Source: Flavobacteriaceae bacterium (lineage in GTDB: Bacteria; Bacteroidota; Bacteroidia; Flavobacteriales; Flavobacteriaceae). Taken from it: a stretch of DNA of 32,000 nucleotides. The translations under genes were made by a program, and so were the position numbers. The notes beneath the pieces are model-generated. The model ran no database searches. It saw nothing but the letters and a program-made list of their open reading frames with translations, and was not told the DNA's origin. Shown here in pieces: positions 15,546 to 24,066 of the stretch. The first letter of the stretch is position 1. The number at the start of each line of letters is the position of its first letter. Location: positions 4,770,001-4,802,000 of the forward strand of contig OZ245049.1 in assembly GCA_965224465.1 (NCBI GenBank), given 5' to 3'.

Positions 15546-17951
15546 ATGAAAAAAAGAAGTATTAAAAAAATCGCAGTTATTGGATCCGGAATTATGGGCT
15601 CAGGTATTGCATGTCACTTCGCAAATATTGGCGTTGAAGTACTGTTATTGGATATAGTACCACGTGAGTTGAGTGATGCAGACAAAGCAAAAGGACTTAC
15701 TCTTGAAAGTAAGGTTGTAAGAAATAGTATTGTAAACAATAGTTTAAAGGCATCTTTGAAATCAAAGCCTTCTCCTATTTACAGTCAGAAATTTGCATCT
15801 CGGATAAGTACGGGGAATTTAACAGATGATTTGCATAAAATTAAGGATGTAGATTGGATTATTGAAGTAGTTGTAGAGCGTTTGGATATTAAACAACAAG
15901 TGTTTGAGAAAATCGAAAAACACCGCAGACCAGGTACGTTGATTACTTCGAATACTTCTGGAATTCCTATTAAGTTTATGAACGAAGGGAGAAGTGATGA
16001 TTTTCAGGAGCATTTTGCAGTGACTCACTTTTTTAACCCACCTCGGTATTTAAAACTATTTGAAGTGGTTCCTGGACCTGCATGTAAACAAGAAGTTACG
16101 GATTTCTTAATGATGTACGGTGAAAAGTTTTTAGGTAAAACTTCGGTTTTGGCAAAGGATACTCCTGCATTTATTGGGAATAGAGTAGGTGTTTTTGGTA
16201 TTATGAGTTTGTTTCATATCGTAAAAGAGATGGATTTAACGGTAGAGGAAGTAGATAAGTTAACGGGGCCTGTAATTGGTCGCCCTAAATCTGCTACGTT
16301 TCGTACCTGTGATGTGGTAGGTCTGGATACGTTGGTGCATGTAGCCAATGGTGTTAAAGACAATTGCCCTTCGGATGAGTCTATCGCCATTTTTAAACTG
16401 CCTGGTTATATTAATACCATGGTAGAAAACAATTGGTTAGGTAGTAAAACTAAACAAGGTTTTTACAAAAAATCTGTAGATGAAAATGGGAAAAAAGCCA
16501 TTTTAACCTTGGATTTGAACAGCATGGAATATCGTGCGAAAAAAAGAACAAAATTTGCTACTTTAGAAATGACAAAAACCATTGAAAAGGTGGTTGATCG
16601 TTTTAAAGTATTGGTGAAAGGGAAAGATAAAGCAGGTGATTTTTATCGCAAAACTTTTGCAGCCTTGTTTCAGTATGCCTCGAATAGGATTCCTGAAGTT
16701 TCTGATGAATTATATCGTTTGGACGATGCTATGAAAGCTGGTTTTGGTTGGGAACATGGGCCTTTTCAAATTTGGGATGCTATAGGTGTTGCCAAAGGGA
16801 TTGAAATGATGAAAGCAGAAGGGTATACACCTAATCAATGGGTGTTAGATATGTTATCAAATGGAAGCACTCGCTTTTATACCGTTGATGAAGGTGCTAA
16901 ATTTTACTACGAAATCACTTCTAAAAAACAAGAAAAAATTCCAGGTCAGGATAGTTTTATTATTTTAGATAATATTCGTGAAGCAAAAACTATTTGGTCC
17001 AATGCAGATGCTTCTATCCAGCATTTAGGTGACGGTGTATTAAATGTAGAGTTTCAAAGTAAAATGAATACTCTTGGTGGAGGGGTTTTAGAAGCTATTA
17101 ATAAAGGGATAGATTTAGCAGAAACGGAATACGATGCGGTGATTTTAGGAAATCAAGGCGCTAACTTTTCTGTAGGTGCTAATTTAGCCATGCCTTTTAT
17201 GATGGCTGTAGAGCAGGAATATGATGAGCTAAACTTTGCTGTTAAATATTTTCAAGATACCGTAATGCGAATGCGATACTCTTCTTGTCCTACTATTGTA
17301 GCGCCACATGGCTATACTTTTGGAGGTGCTTGTGAACTAAGTATGCATGCAGATAAAGTGGTGGCTGCAGCTGAAACTTATATTGGATTGGTAGAATTTG
17401 GTGTCGGTATTATTCCTGGTGGAGCTGGTTCTAAAGAAATGGCAGTAAGAGCATCGGAAGGTGTTTTAAAAGATGATGTAAAATTAAATAAACTACGTGA
17501 TTACTTTATCAATGTAGCGATGGCAAAAGTGGCAACATCTGCACATGAAGGGTATGATTTAGGCTTCTTTAAAGAGCATAAAGATATTGTAGTAGTGAAT
17601 AGAGATCGTCAAATAGCAACGGCTAAACGCCATGCAGTAATTATGTTAGAAGATGGCTATACACAAGCTCCTTTGAGAGAAGTGATGGTGTACGGACAAC
17701 AAGCATTGGGGATGTTCTTAGTAGGTACAGATAGTTTAAAACATGGAAAATTTGCTTCAGAACACGATCAGAAAATTGCAAATAAATTAGGATATGTAAT
17801 GGCTGGAGGAGATTTATCCGAACCTACATTGGTGTCTGAACAGTATTTATTAGATCTAGAACGTGAAGCATTTATGAGTTTAATGACGGAACGTAAAACA
17901 CTAGAACGCATTGAACATATGTTAAAAACAGGGAAACCGCTTAGGAATTAA
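15546..17951 (+). CDS. Bifunctional 3-hydroxyacyl-CoA dehydrogenase / enoyl-CoA hydratase (FadB/FadJ-like)
   Basis: 801 aa with the N-terminal NAD-binding motif IAVIGSGIMGSGIA and a crotonase-like C-terminal half. Confidence 0.9.
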   Translation: MKKRSIKKIAVIGSGIMGSGIACHFANIGVEVLLLDIVPRELSDADKAKGLTLESKVVRNSIVNNSLKASLKSKPSPIYSQKFASRISTGNLTDDLHKIKDVDWIIEVVVERLDIKQQVFEKIEKHRRPGTLITSNTSGIPIKFMNEGRSDDFQEHFAVTHFFNPPRYLKLFEVVPGPACKQEVTDFLMMYGEKFLGKTSVLAKDTPAFIGNRVGVFGIMSLFHIVKEMDLTVEEVDKLTGPVIGRPKSATFRTCDVVGLDTLVHVANGVKDNCPSDESIAIFKLPGYINTMVENNWLGSKTKQGFYKKSVDENGKKAILTLDLNSMEYRAKKRTKFATLEMTKTIEKVVDRFKVLVKGKDKAGDFYRKTFAALFQYASNRIPEVSDELYRLDDAMKAGFGWEHGPFQIWDAIGVAKGIEMMKAEGYTPNQWVLDMLSNGSTRFYTVDEGAKFYYEITSKKQEKIPGQDSFIILDNIREAKTIWSNADASIQHLGDGVLNVEFQSKMNTLGGGVLEAINKGIDLAETEYDAVILGNQGANFSVGANLAMPFMMAVEQEYDELNFAVKYFQDTVMRMRYSSCPTIVAPHGYTFGGACELSMHADKVVAAAETYIGLVEFGVGIIPGGAGSKEMAVRASEGVLKDDVKLNKLRDYFINVAMAKVATSAHEGYDLGFFKEHKDIVVVNRDRQIATAKRHAVIMLEDGYTQAPLREVMVYGQQALGMFLVGTDSLKHGKFASEHDQKIANKLGYVMAGGDLSEPTLVSEQYLLDLEREAFMSLMTERKTLERIEHMLKTGKPLRN

Positions 17952-17996
17952 TAATTAAGATATGAGTATTGAGTTTTTGTAATTAAAAATAAGGAC

Positions 17997-18215
17997 ATGC
18001 ACAAACTAGAAAATTTGGATAAAGGCGATGTTTTTATGCTAGCAAGTTGATGTATTCTTTTCAGAATTTACTACGAACTAAAAATTCGGATTGATTTCTC
18101 AGCTTAAAAAAAGTACTATTTCTATTCCTTTAAATATTACAGAGGAACAGGAATAAATTTCACAAAGGAATTTAAGCTTTTTTTGAGTATTACAAACGCA
18201 GTGATTATTAATTAT
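17997..18215 (+). pseudogene. Degenerate four-helix-bundle protein gene (23S rRNA intervening-sequence type)
   Basis: Frames read MHKLENLDKGDVFMLAS*, ..KFGLISQLKKSTISIPLNITEEQE*, and ..INFTKEFKLFLSITNAVI... These resemble the family motifs (YGLTSQLRRAAVSIPSNIAEG, KEF..FL.IA.GS) but are split by stops and frameshifts. Confidence 0.65.
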
Positions 18216-18362
18216 TAAATTAAACTTACTAAGTAAAACAAAAGTGTAACAAGTGATAGATTAGGGATAGAGATTTGGGAAATGAATTATGGTTTTTAAA
18301 AGAGTCGAACTAACAAATCTAACACCTCAATACGAACATCTAATAACAAACATCTAAAAAAA

Positions 18363-19547
18363 ATGAAAACAGCATATATAATACAAGGATATAGAACAGC
18401 AGTAGGAAAAGCACCAAAAGGAGTCTTTAGATTTAAAAGACCGGATGAATTAGCGGCAGAAACCATTGAGCATTTATTAAAAGATGTGCCTCAATTGGAT
18501 AAAAAACGTATTGACGATGTGATGGTCGGAAATGCCATGCCAGAAGCGGAGCAAGGTTTAAATATTGCGCGTTTGATTTCTTTGATGGGTTTAAAAATAG
18601 AAGACGTTCCAGGAATGACCGTGAATAGATATTGCGCCTCTGGATTGGAAACTATTTCTATTGCAGCTGCTAAAATTCAGGCAGGAATGGCAGATTGTAT
18701 CATCGCAGGTGGGGTGGAAAGCATGAGTTTTATTCCGATGGGTGGATACCGCCCAGTGCCTAATTATAAATCAGCAAGCGAAGGACATGAAGATTATTAT
18801 TGGGGAATGGGTCTGACAGCAGAAGCGGTGGCGCATCAGTTTAAAGTGTCTCGCGAAGATCAAGATCAATTTGCGTACAATTCGCATATGAAAGCATTGA
18901 AAGCTCAAATAGATGGTACTTTTAAAGAGGATATTTGTCCGATTACCGTAGAGCAAATATTTGTTGATGAAAACGATAAAAAACAACGCAAAGAATATAT
19001 AGTAGATACAGATCAAGGACCTCGGAAAGGTACTTCAATAGAAGCTTTGGCTAGATTGAGACCCGTATTTGAGCAAGGAGGAAGCGTAACCGCAGGGAAT
19101 TCTTCTCAAATGAGTGATGGTGCTGCATTTGTATTGGTAATGAGTGAGGAAATGGTCAAAGAACTCAACTTAGAACCTGTGGCAAGAATGGTGTCTTATG
19201 CTGCCGTGGGCTTAGATCCACGTATTATGGGAATGGGACCTGTAAAAGCCATTCCAAAAGCATTAAAACAAGCAGGATTATCACAAAATGACATCGATTT
19301 GTTTGAGTTAAACGAAGCTTTTGCATCGCAATCACTTGCTGTAATGCGTGAATTGGATTTGAATCAAGACATCGTAAATGTAAACGGAGGCGCTATTGCA
19401 CTCGGACATCCATTGGGATGTACAGGAGCAAAATTAACGGTACAGTTGATCAACGAAATGCGTCGTAGAAATAGTAAATACGGAGTTGTAACCATGTGCG
19501 TAGGTACTGGACAAGGAGCAGCTGGGGTATATGAATTTTTAAAATAA
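18363..19547 (+). CDS. fadA: Acetyl-CoA C-acyltransferase (3-ketoacyl-CoA thiolase)
   Basis: 394 aa. Active-site regions NRYCASGLE, GHPLGCTGA and CVGTGQGAA. Confidence 0.9.
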   Translation: MKTAYIIQGYRTAVGKAPKGVFRFKRPDELAAETIEHLLKDVPQLDKKRIDDVMVGNAMPEAEQGLNIARLISLMGLKIEDVPGMTVNRYCASGLETISIAAAKIQAGMADCIIAGGVESMSFIPMGGYRPVPNYKSASEGHEDYYWGMGLTAEAVAHQFKVSREDQDQFAYNSHMKALKAQIDGTFKEDICPITVEQIFVDENDKKQRKEYIVDTDQGPRKGTSIEALARLRPVFEQGGSVTAGNSSQMSDGAAFVLVMSEEMVKELNLEPVARMVSYAAVGLDPRIMGMGPVKAIPKALKQAGLSQNDIDLFELNEAFASQSLAVMRELDLNQDIVNVNGGAIALGHPLGCTGAKLTVQLINEMRRRNSKYGVVTMCVGTGQGAAGVYEFLK

Positions 19548-19582
19548 TTAGATCCTGCCAGGTCTCAAAAAAAAACTACAAT

Positions 19583-21406
19583 ATGGAAACAGGAACAAAA
19601 AAAAAGACAATAATGACAGCAATTAAAGGTGGTGAATTTGTCATCAAAGAAACAAAATGTGAGGATATTTTTATCACAGAGGAATTTACTGAGGAACAAA
19701 ACATGATGAAAGAATCTATCATCGAGTTTACGGATAGAGAAGTTTTGCCTCATAGAGAACGTTTTGAAAATAAAGACTATGCTTTAACAGCTGAGTTGAT
19801 GAAAAAGTTAGGAGATCTAGGAATGTTAGGGATTTCTGTTCCAGAGCAATACGGAGGAATGGGAATGGGATTTGTCTCTACCATGCTTGTTTGTGATTAT
19901 GTTTCTGGTGGTTCGGGTTCTTTGGCAACTGCGTATGGTGCGCATACCGGAATTGGAACGATGCCTATACTGTTGTACGGATCGGAAGCTCAAAGAGAAA
20001 AATACATTCCTAAATTAGCTTCAGGAGAGTGGATAGGTGCTTATTGTTTGACAGAACCTGGTGCTGGATCAGATGCCAATTCTGGAAAAACAAAAGCAGT
20101 ACTTTCTGAAGACGGCAAGTCTTATAAAATTACAGGACAAAAAATGTGGATTTCCAATGCCGGTTTTTGTAATGTGATGATTGTTTTTGCACGTATTGAA
20201 GATGATAAAAATATCACCGCATTTATTGTAGATTATGATGCTGAAAATCCAAATGGAATTACCTTGGGCGAAGAGGAAAAAAAATTGGGAATCAATGCTT
20301 CTTCTACGCGTCAAGTGTTTTTTAACGATACCGTGGTGTCTGTAGATAATATGTTGTCTGAAAGATCCAAAGGATTTAAAATTGCAATGAACTCGTTAAA
20401 CGTAGGACGTATTAAATTGGCAGCTGCTGGTTTGGATGCATCTCGTAGATTGATCACAGGTTCTGTAAAATATGCCAATGAGCGTATTCAGTTTAAAACA
20501 CCAATTGCTAATTTTGGAGCAATCAAATTTAAACTTGCAGAAATGGCAACCAAAACGTATACGACCAATGCCATGGCGTATCGTATTTCTAGAGACATTC
20601 AAAATAAAATTGACGCGCTAGTAACAGAAGGAAAAACACATCAAGAAGCAGAGTTAAAAGGAGTGGAAGAATTTGCTATCGAATGTGCTATTGCAAAAGT
20701 ATTCGCTTCTGAAAGTGTACAATATGTAGCAGATGAAGGAATCCAAATATTTGGAGGAATGGGCTTTTCAAAAGATACCCCAATGGAAGCTGCTTGGCGT
20801 GATGCTCGTATTTCACGTATCTATGAAGGAACGAACGAAATTAACCGTTTGTTAACTGTAGGTATGTTGTTGAAAAAAGCATTTAAAGGACAGTTAGATA
20901 TTATGACACCTGCGATGGAAGTAGGACAGAGCCTTATGGGGATTCCTTCTTTTGAGACGCCAGATTATTCAGTGCTATTCTCGGAAGAAAAAGAATTGAT
21001 TGGAAAGTTGAAGAAATCGTTCTTAATGGTTGCAGGGAAAGCAGTAGAAACTTTTGGAATGGAATTGGACAAACAACAGCAATTAATTATGAATGCTGCG
21101 GATATGTTGATTCAAATTTATGTGGCAGAAAGCGTTGTTTTAAAAACAGAAAAGTTGGTAAATAAAACGTCAGAAGATGTAAACGAAGCACAAATTGCCA
21201 TGGCAAAATTAGCCTTGTACAATGCTGTTGAAATTGTTGGAAGTAGAGGTAAAGAGGCAATTATTTCTTTTACAGAAGGTGATGAGCAACGCATGATGCT
21301 GATGGGATTAAAACGTTTTACAAAATATGTAAACTATCCAAAAGTGATAGAATTACGTAAAACTATTGCCAATAAAGTAATTGCAGAAAATAAATACTGT
21401 TTTTAA
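19583..21406 (+). CDS. Long acyl-CoA dehydrogenase
   Basis: 607 aa with ACAD motifs (CLTEPGAGSD, YEGTNEI). An alternative start at 19613 (MTAIKGGEF) is possible. Confidence 0.88.
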   Translation: METGTKKKTIMTAIKGGEFVIKETKCEDIFITEEFTEEQNMMKESIIEFTDREVLPHRERFENKDYALTAELMKKLGDLGMLGISVPEQYGGMGMGFVSTMLVCDYVSGGSGSLATAYGAHTGIGTMPILLYGSEAQREKYIPKLASGEWIGAYCLTEPGAGSDANSGKTKAVLSEDGKSYKITGQKMWISNAGFCNVMIVFARIEDDKNITAFIVDYDAENPNGITLGEEEKKLGINASSTRQVFFNDTVVSVDNMLSERSKGFKIAMNSLNVGRIKLAAAGLDASRRLITGSVKYANERIQFKTPIANFGAIKFKLAEMATKTYTTNAMAYRISRDIQNKIDALVTEGKTHQEAELKGVEEFAIECAIAKVFASESVQYVADEGIQIFGGMGFSKDTPMEAAWRDARISRIYEGTNEINRLLTVGMLLKKAFKGQLDIMTPAMEVGQSLMGIPSFETPDYSVLFSEEKELIGKLKKSFLMVAGKAVETFGMELDKQQQLIMNAADMLIQIYVAESVVLKTEKLVNKTSEDVNEAQIAMAKLALYNAVEIVGSRGKEAIISFTEGDEQRMMLMGLKRFTKYVNYPKVIELRKTIANKVIAENKYCF

Positions 21407-21468
21407 ATAGTAGAACCATAGGATTAAAATAAGGAAACTTATTTTAAATTTATTATTTTTGAGATAAG

Positions 21469-21502
21469 ACCCGTTCCTTTTGGAATGGGTTTTTGTTTTT
21501 TT
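21469..21502 (+). terminator. Intrinsic terminator of the fad operon
   Basis: ACCCGTTCC-tttt-GGAATGGGT followed by TTTTTGTTTTTTT. Confidence 0.75.
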
Positions 21503-21693
21503 AGTGATTGTTCTCTGATACATCAATCCTATAGATAGTTTAGGTAACTCTTTTTTATTGTCTTTGATTCTAGATAGCTAAAACAAAAAGATAACTGTAT
21601 TAGGACAATCTATTGTGATTAATATAATGATTTTCTCTCCTTAACAGGTATGGCAAGGAACCAACTACAAGATGTCATAATTACACTAATTAT

Positions 21694-21835
21694 ATTTTCA
21701 AGTGATGGTTTAGAAATGGAATTATTTTCTGTTTTAGCAAGTTCAAAAATCAAAGGATAGCTTAGTCCTGTTTTTAAACAACGCTAGAACGTAAAATAAC
21801 CTATTTATAGGGGTTATTTTCGATTGTAGTTGGTA
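21694..21835 (+). repeat. Intergenic repeat family A, copy A3
   Basis: See A1. The 5-prime part ATTTTCAAGTGATGGTTTAGAAATGGAATTATTTTCTGTTTTAGC matches A1 4713..4758. The hairpin 21793..21801 / 21812..21820 carries a compensatory U-A pair. Confidence 0.8.
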
Positions 21836-22012
21836 TTATATATAGAAAATGGATTGTTCATTAAAAACAGTATTAATCCAAATAATATCTATAGTTCTGC
21901 TTGTTTTACGGTTGGTATCATAAAATAGTGTATTTTTAACCAAGACGAAACATACAGTTTGCTATTGTATGCGAGGTTGAAAATAATTTTTATGAATTAA
22001 ATAAAGAAAAAA

Positions 22013-22654
22013 ATGAGTACGATTAGATTAGGAGATAAAGCTCCAAACTTTACAGCACAAACAACAGAAGGTGAAATTAATTTTCACGATTGGCTCGGTG
22101 ATAACTGGGGAATTCTATTTTCTCATCCAGCGGATTATACTCCTGTTTGTACAACGGAGTTAGGTACTGTAGCAAAGTATAAGAAAGCGTTTGATAAAAG
22201 GAATGTTAAAGTGATTGCCTTAAGTGTTGACGGTCTTGATTCACATAAAGGATGGATAAAAGATATTAACGAGACACAAAATACAAGGGTTAACTTCCCT
22301 ATAATTGCAGATGAAGATTGTAAAGTAGCAATGCTTTATGATATGATACATCCCAATGCAGACAGTAAGCTAACGGTTAGGTCTGTATTTGTGATCGGAG
22401 CAGACAAAAAAGTTAAATTAATGATTACGTATCCTGCTTCTACTGGAAGGAATTTTGATGAGTTATTGCGAGTAATTGATTCATTACAGTTAACCGCTAA
22501 CCATAAAGTTGCTACACCTGCGAACTGGAATAACGGCGATGATTGTGTTATTGTTCCTGCTGTTACAAATGATCAAATACCAAGTTTATTTCCTAAAGGA
22601 TATACAGAAATTACACCTTATTTAAGGATAACTCCTCAGCCAAATTTGAAATAG
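22013..22654 (+). CDS. 1-Cys peroxiredoxin (Prx6 subfamily)
   Basis: 213 aa with the peroxidatic motif FSHPADYTPVCTTELG. Confidence 0.9.
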   Translation: MSTIRLGDKAPNFTAQTTEGEINFHDWLGDNWGILFSHPADYTPVCTTELGTVAKYKKAFDKRNVKVIALSVDGLDSHKGWIKDINETQNTRVNFPIIADEDCKVAMLYDMIHPNADSKLTVRSVFVIGADKKVKLMITYPASTGRNFDELLRVIDSLQLTANHKVATPANWNNGDDCVIVPAVTNDQIPSLFPKGYTEITPYLRITPQPNLK

Positions 22655-22799
22655 AATATCTAGATAATACCAGCGGTGGGAATCATCGGGTTTGTGACAG
22701 AAAGGAGTGTTGCTTTTATAGCGTATTCAAATTCCAAAGTGGTGTGTTTCAAGGTGGTGGTTGCGGATAAAAATGAACATAAGTTTTAAATCTAGGCAT

Positions 22800-22816
22800 G
22801 ATTGTAATGGGTATAA
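22800..22816 (+). repeat. Isolated copy of the 14-nt box (GATTGTAATGGGTA), possibly a degenerate B-like element
   Basis: The box matches the B1/B2 version exactly. AAGCTTCTA lies 22 nt downstream, where B copies have AAGCTGCTA after 22-23 nt. The flanks otherwise align weakly. Confidence 0.4.
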
Positions 22817-23161
22817 TATATAATAATTGGATGCCAAAAGCTTCTATAGCAATCAATGATAAAACCACCTATTGGAAACATGAAAATATAAGGAGGATAA
22901 TATGGAGTATTTCAGATTCTAATGGACTGATAATTAATTCTACGGTGTTTTATACAAGCGGAACAATAGTGTCGAGCACGGATGATTTATGGATCTTATT
23001 AAATTGTTTATACGTAACTAATTATTAGTTTAAAAGGTTAATTATGGTTACAACGGCTGTAATGATGCCTCTATTGATATACTAAAAAAACGGGAGACGC
23101 GAAGCGTGTAATACGTTAAATTTCAGGTGCTTGAATGTTTTTCGTTTTAAAAACAAAACAT

Positions 23162-23614
23162 ATGATTAAAGGACTTTTTGAAACACACCTGCATGTTAAA
23201 AACCTAGAAAGGTCGGTTGCGTTTTATGCGAAGACTCTTAAGCTTCAGCAATGCTATTATGAAAAAAAAAGAAGAGCGGCATTCTTTTGGATAGGGAAAG
23301 AAAAACAAGCAATGCTCGGATTGTGGGAAAAACAACAGGCTGTTATTGATATCAGGCATTTCGCATTTGAATGCGAAGCTGATTGGGTTATAAATGAGTC
23401 TGTAGAGTATCTAAAAAAAAGAAATATTACGTGTAGGAATTTCTTAAATGATGGGACAGAAAGACCCATGGTTTTTGCTTGGATGCCAGCTGTTTCAATA
23501 TATTTTGACGACCCAGATGGGCATTCTCTCGAGTTTATTGGGATGTTAAAAGGGGAGTCAAAACCTAAAAGGGGAATAATTTCTTATGATAAATGGTTGA
23601 AAATTAATCGCTAA
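23162..23614 (+). CDS. VOC-family (glyoxalase/bleomycin-resistance/dioxygenase fold) protein
   Basis: MIKGLFETHLHVKNLERSVAFY... with DPDGHSLEF near the C-terminus. The internal ATG is preferred over 23135. Confidence 0.75.
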   Translation: MIKGLFETHLHVKNLERSVAFYAKTLKLQQCYYEKKRRAAFFWIGKEKQAMLGLWEKQQAVIDIRHFAFECEADWVINESVEYLKKRNITCRNFLNDGTERPMVFAWMPAVSIYFDDPDGHSLEFIGMLKGESKPKRGIISYDKWLKINR

Positions 23615-23669
23615 AAAAAAGATATTTAATCCAAAAACATCTTCTGATTTCCGTATGATTGTATTGTGC

Positions 23670-23791
23670 TGTATTTCTTCTTTTTTAAGAGGAGAACGCG
23701 ATGCGATAGCCTTAGCTATCGTTCTGTTTTTTAACAACACCAACACGTAAAACAACCTATTTATATTGGTTGTTTTGGATTGTAATTGGTA
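23670..23791 (+). repeat. Intergenic repeat family A, copy A4
   Basis: See A1. It has a perfect 9-bp hairpin AAAACAACC (23749..23757) / GGTTGTTTT (23768..23776) and the box at 23778..23791. TTTCCGTAT occurs on both sides (23648..23656 and 23808..23816). Confidence 0.8.
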
Positions 23792-23998
23792 TAATCGTTG
23801 ATTGTGGTTTTCCGTATTCTTGTCGTATTTTAGATTTATTTAGAGGTTTTTTATTCACACTAACACTTAAGGTACTAGTTGTCAGTAGTTTGAGGTATTG
23901 TGTTTTGTGTTGATATATTTTAAATAAAAATAATTTTTAAGAGAAATAATCTCTAATAAATTAGGGTTTTGTTTGTTTTTGTAAAATAACACATTTGT

Positions 23999-24006
23999 TA
24001 TATTTG
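23999..24006 (+). promoter_or_regulatory. Candidate -7 promoter box TATATTTG upstream of the ceramidase gene
   Basis: Matches TAnnTTTG, 60 nt upstream of the ATG. Confidence 0.4.
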
Positions 24007-24066
24007 TTTTTCTGAAAACCTGTTTTTAGAAAAAAACTTTTTACAATTCACCTTTAATTTTAATTT

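Noticed and set aside
22655-23030. Remnant of a beta-lactamase-family serine hydrolase (..VVADKNEHK.. and ..TSGTIVSSTDDLWILLNCL..)
   Set aside because: The resemblance rests on two short loose motifs only. Their spacing is far too short for the family, and part of the region aligns instead with the B-type repeat. I could not support it without a profile search.
23648-23816. TTTCCGTAT direct repeat flanking A4 as a target-site duplication, which would imply MITE mobility
   Set aside because: Only this copy shows it. The A2 flanks show no direct repeat, and A3 has only an AT-rich ATTATAT match that could be chance. The repeat does not abut the element ends, and a 9-mer recurring within 160 nt is not very improbable. 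It is recorded in the A4 feature evidence but not claimed.
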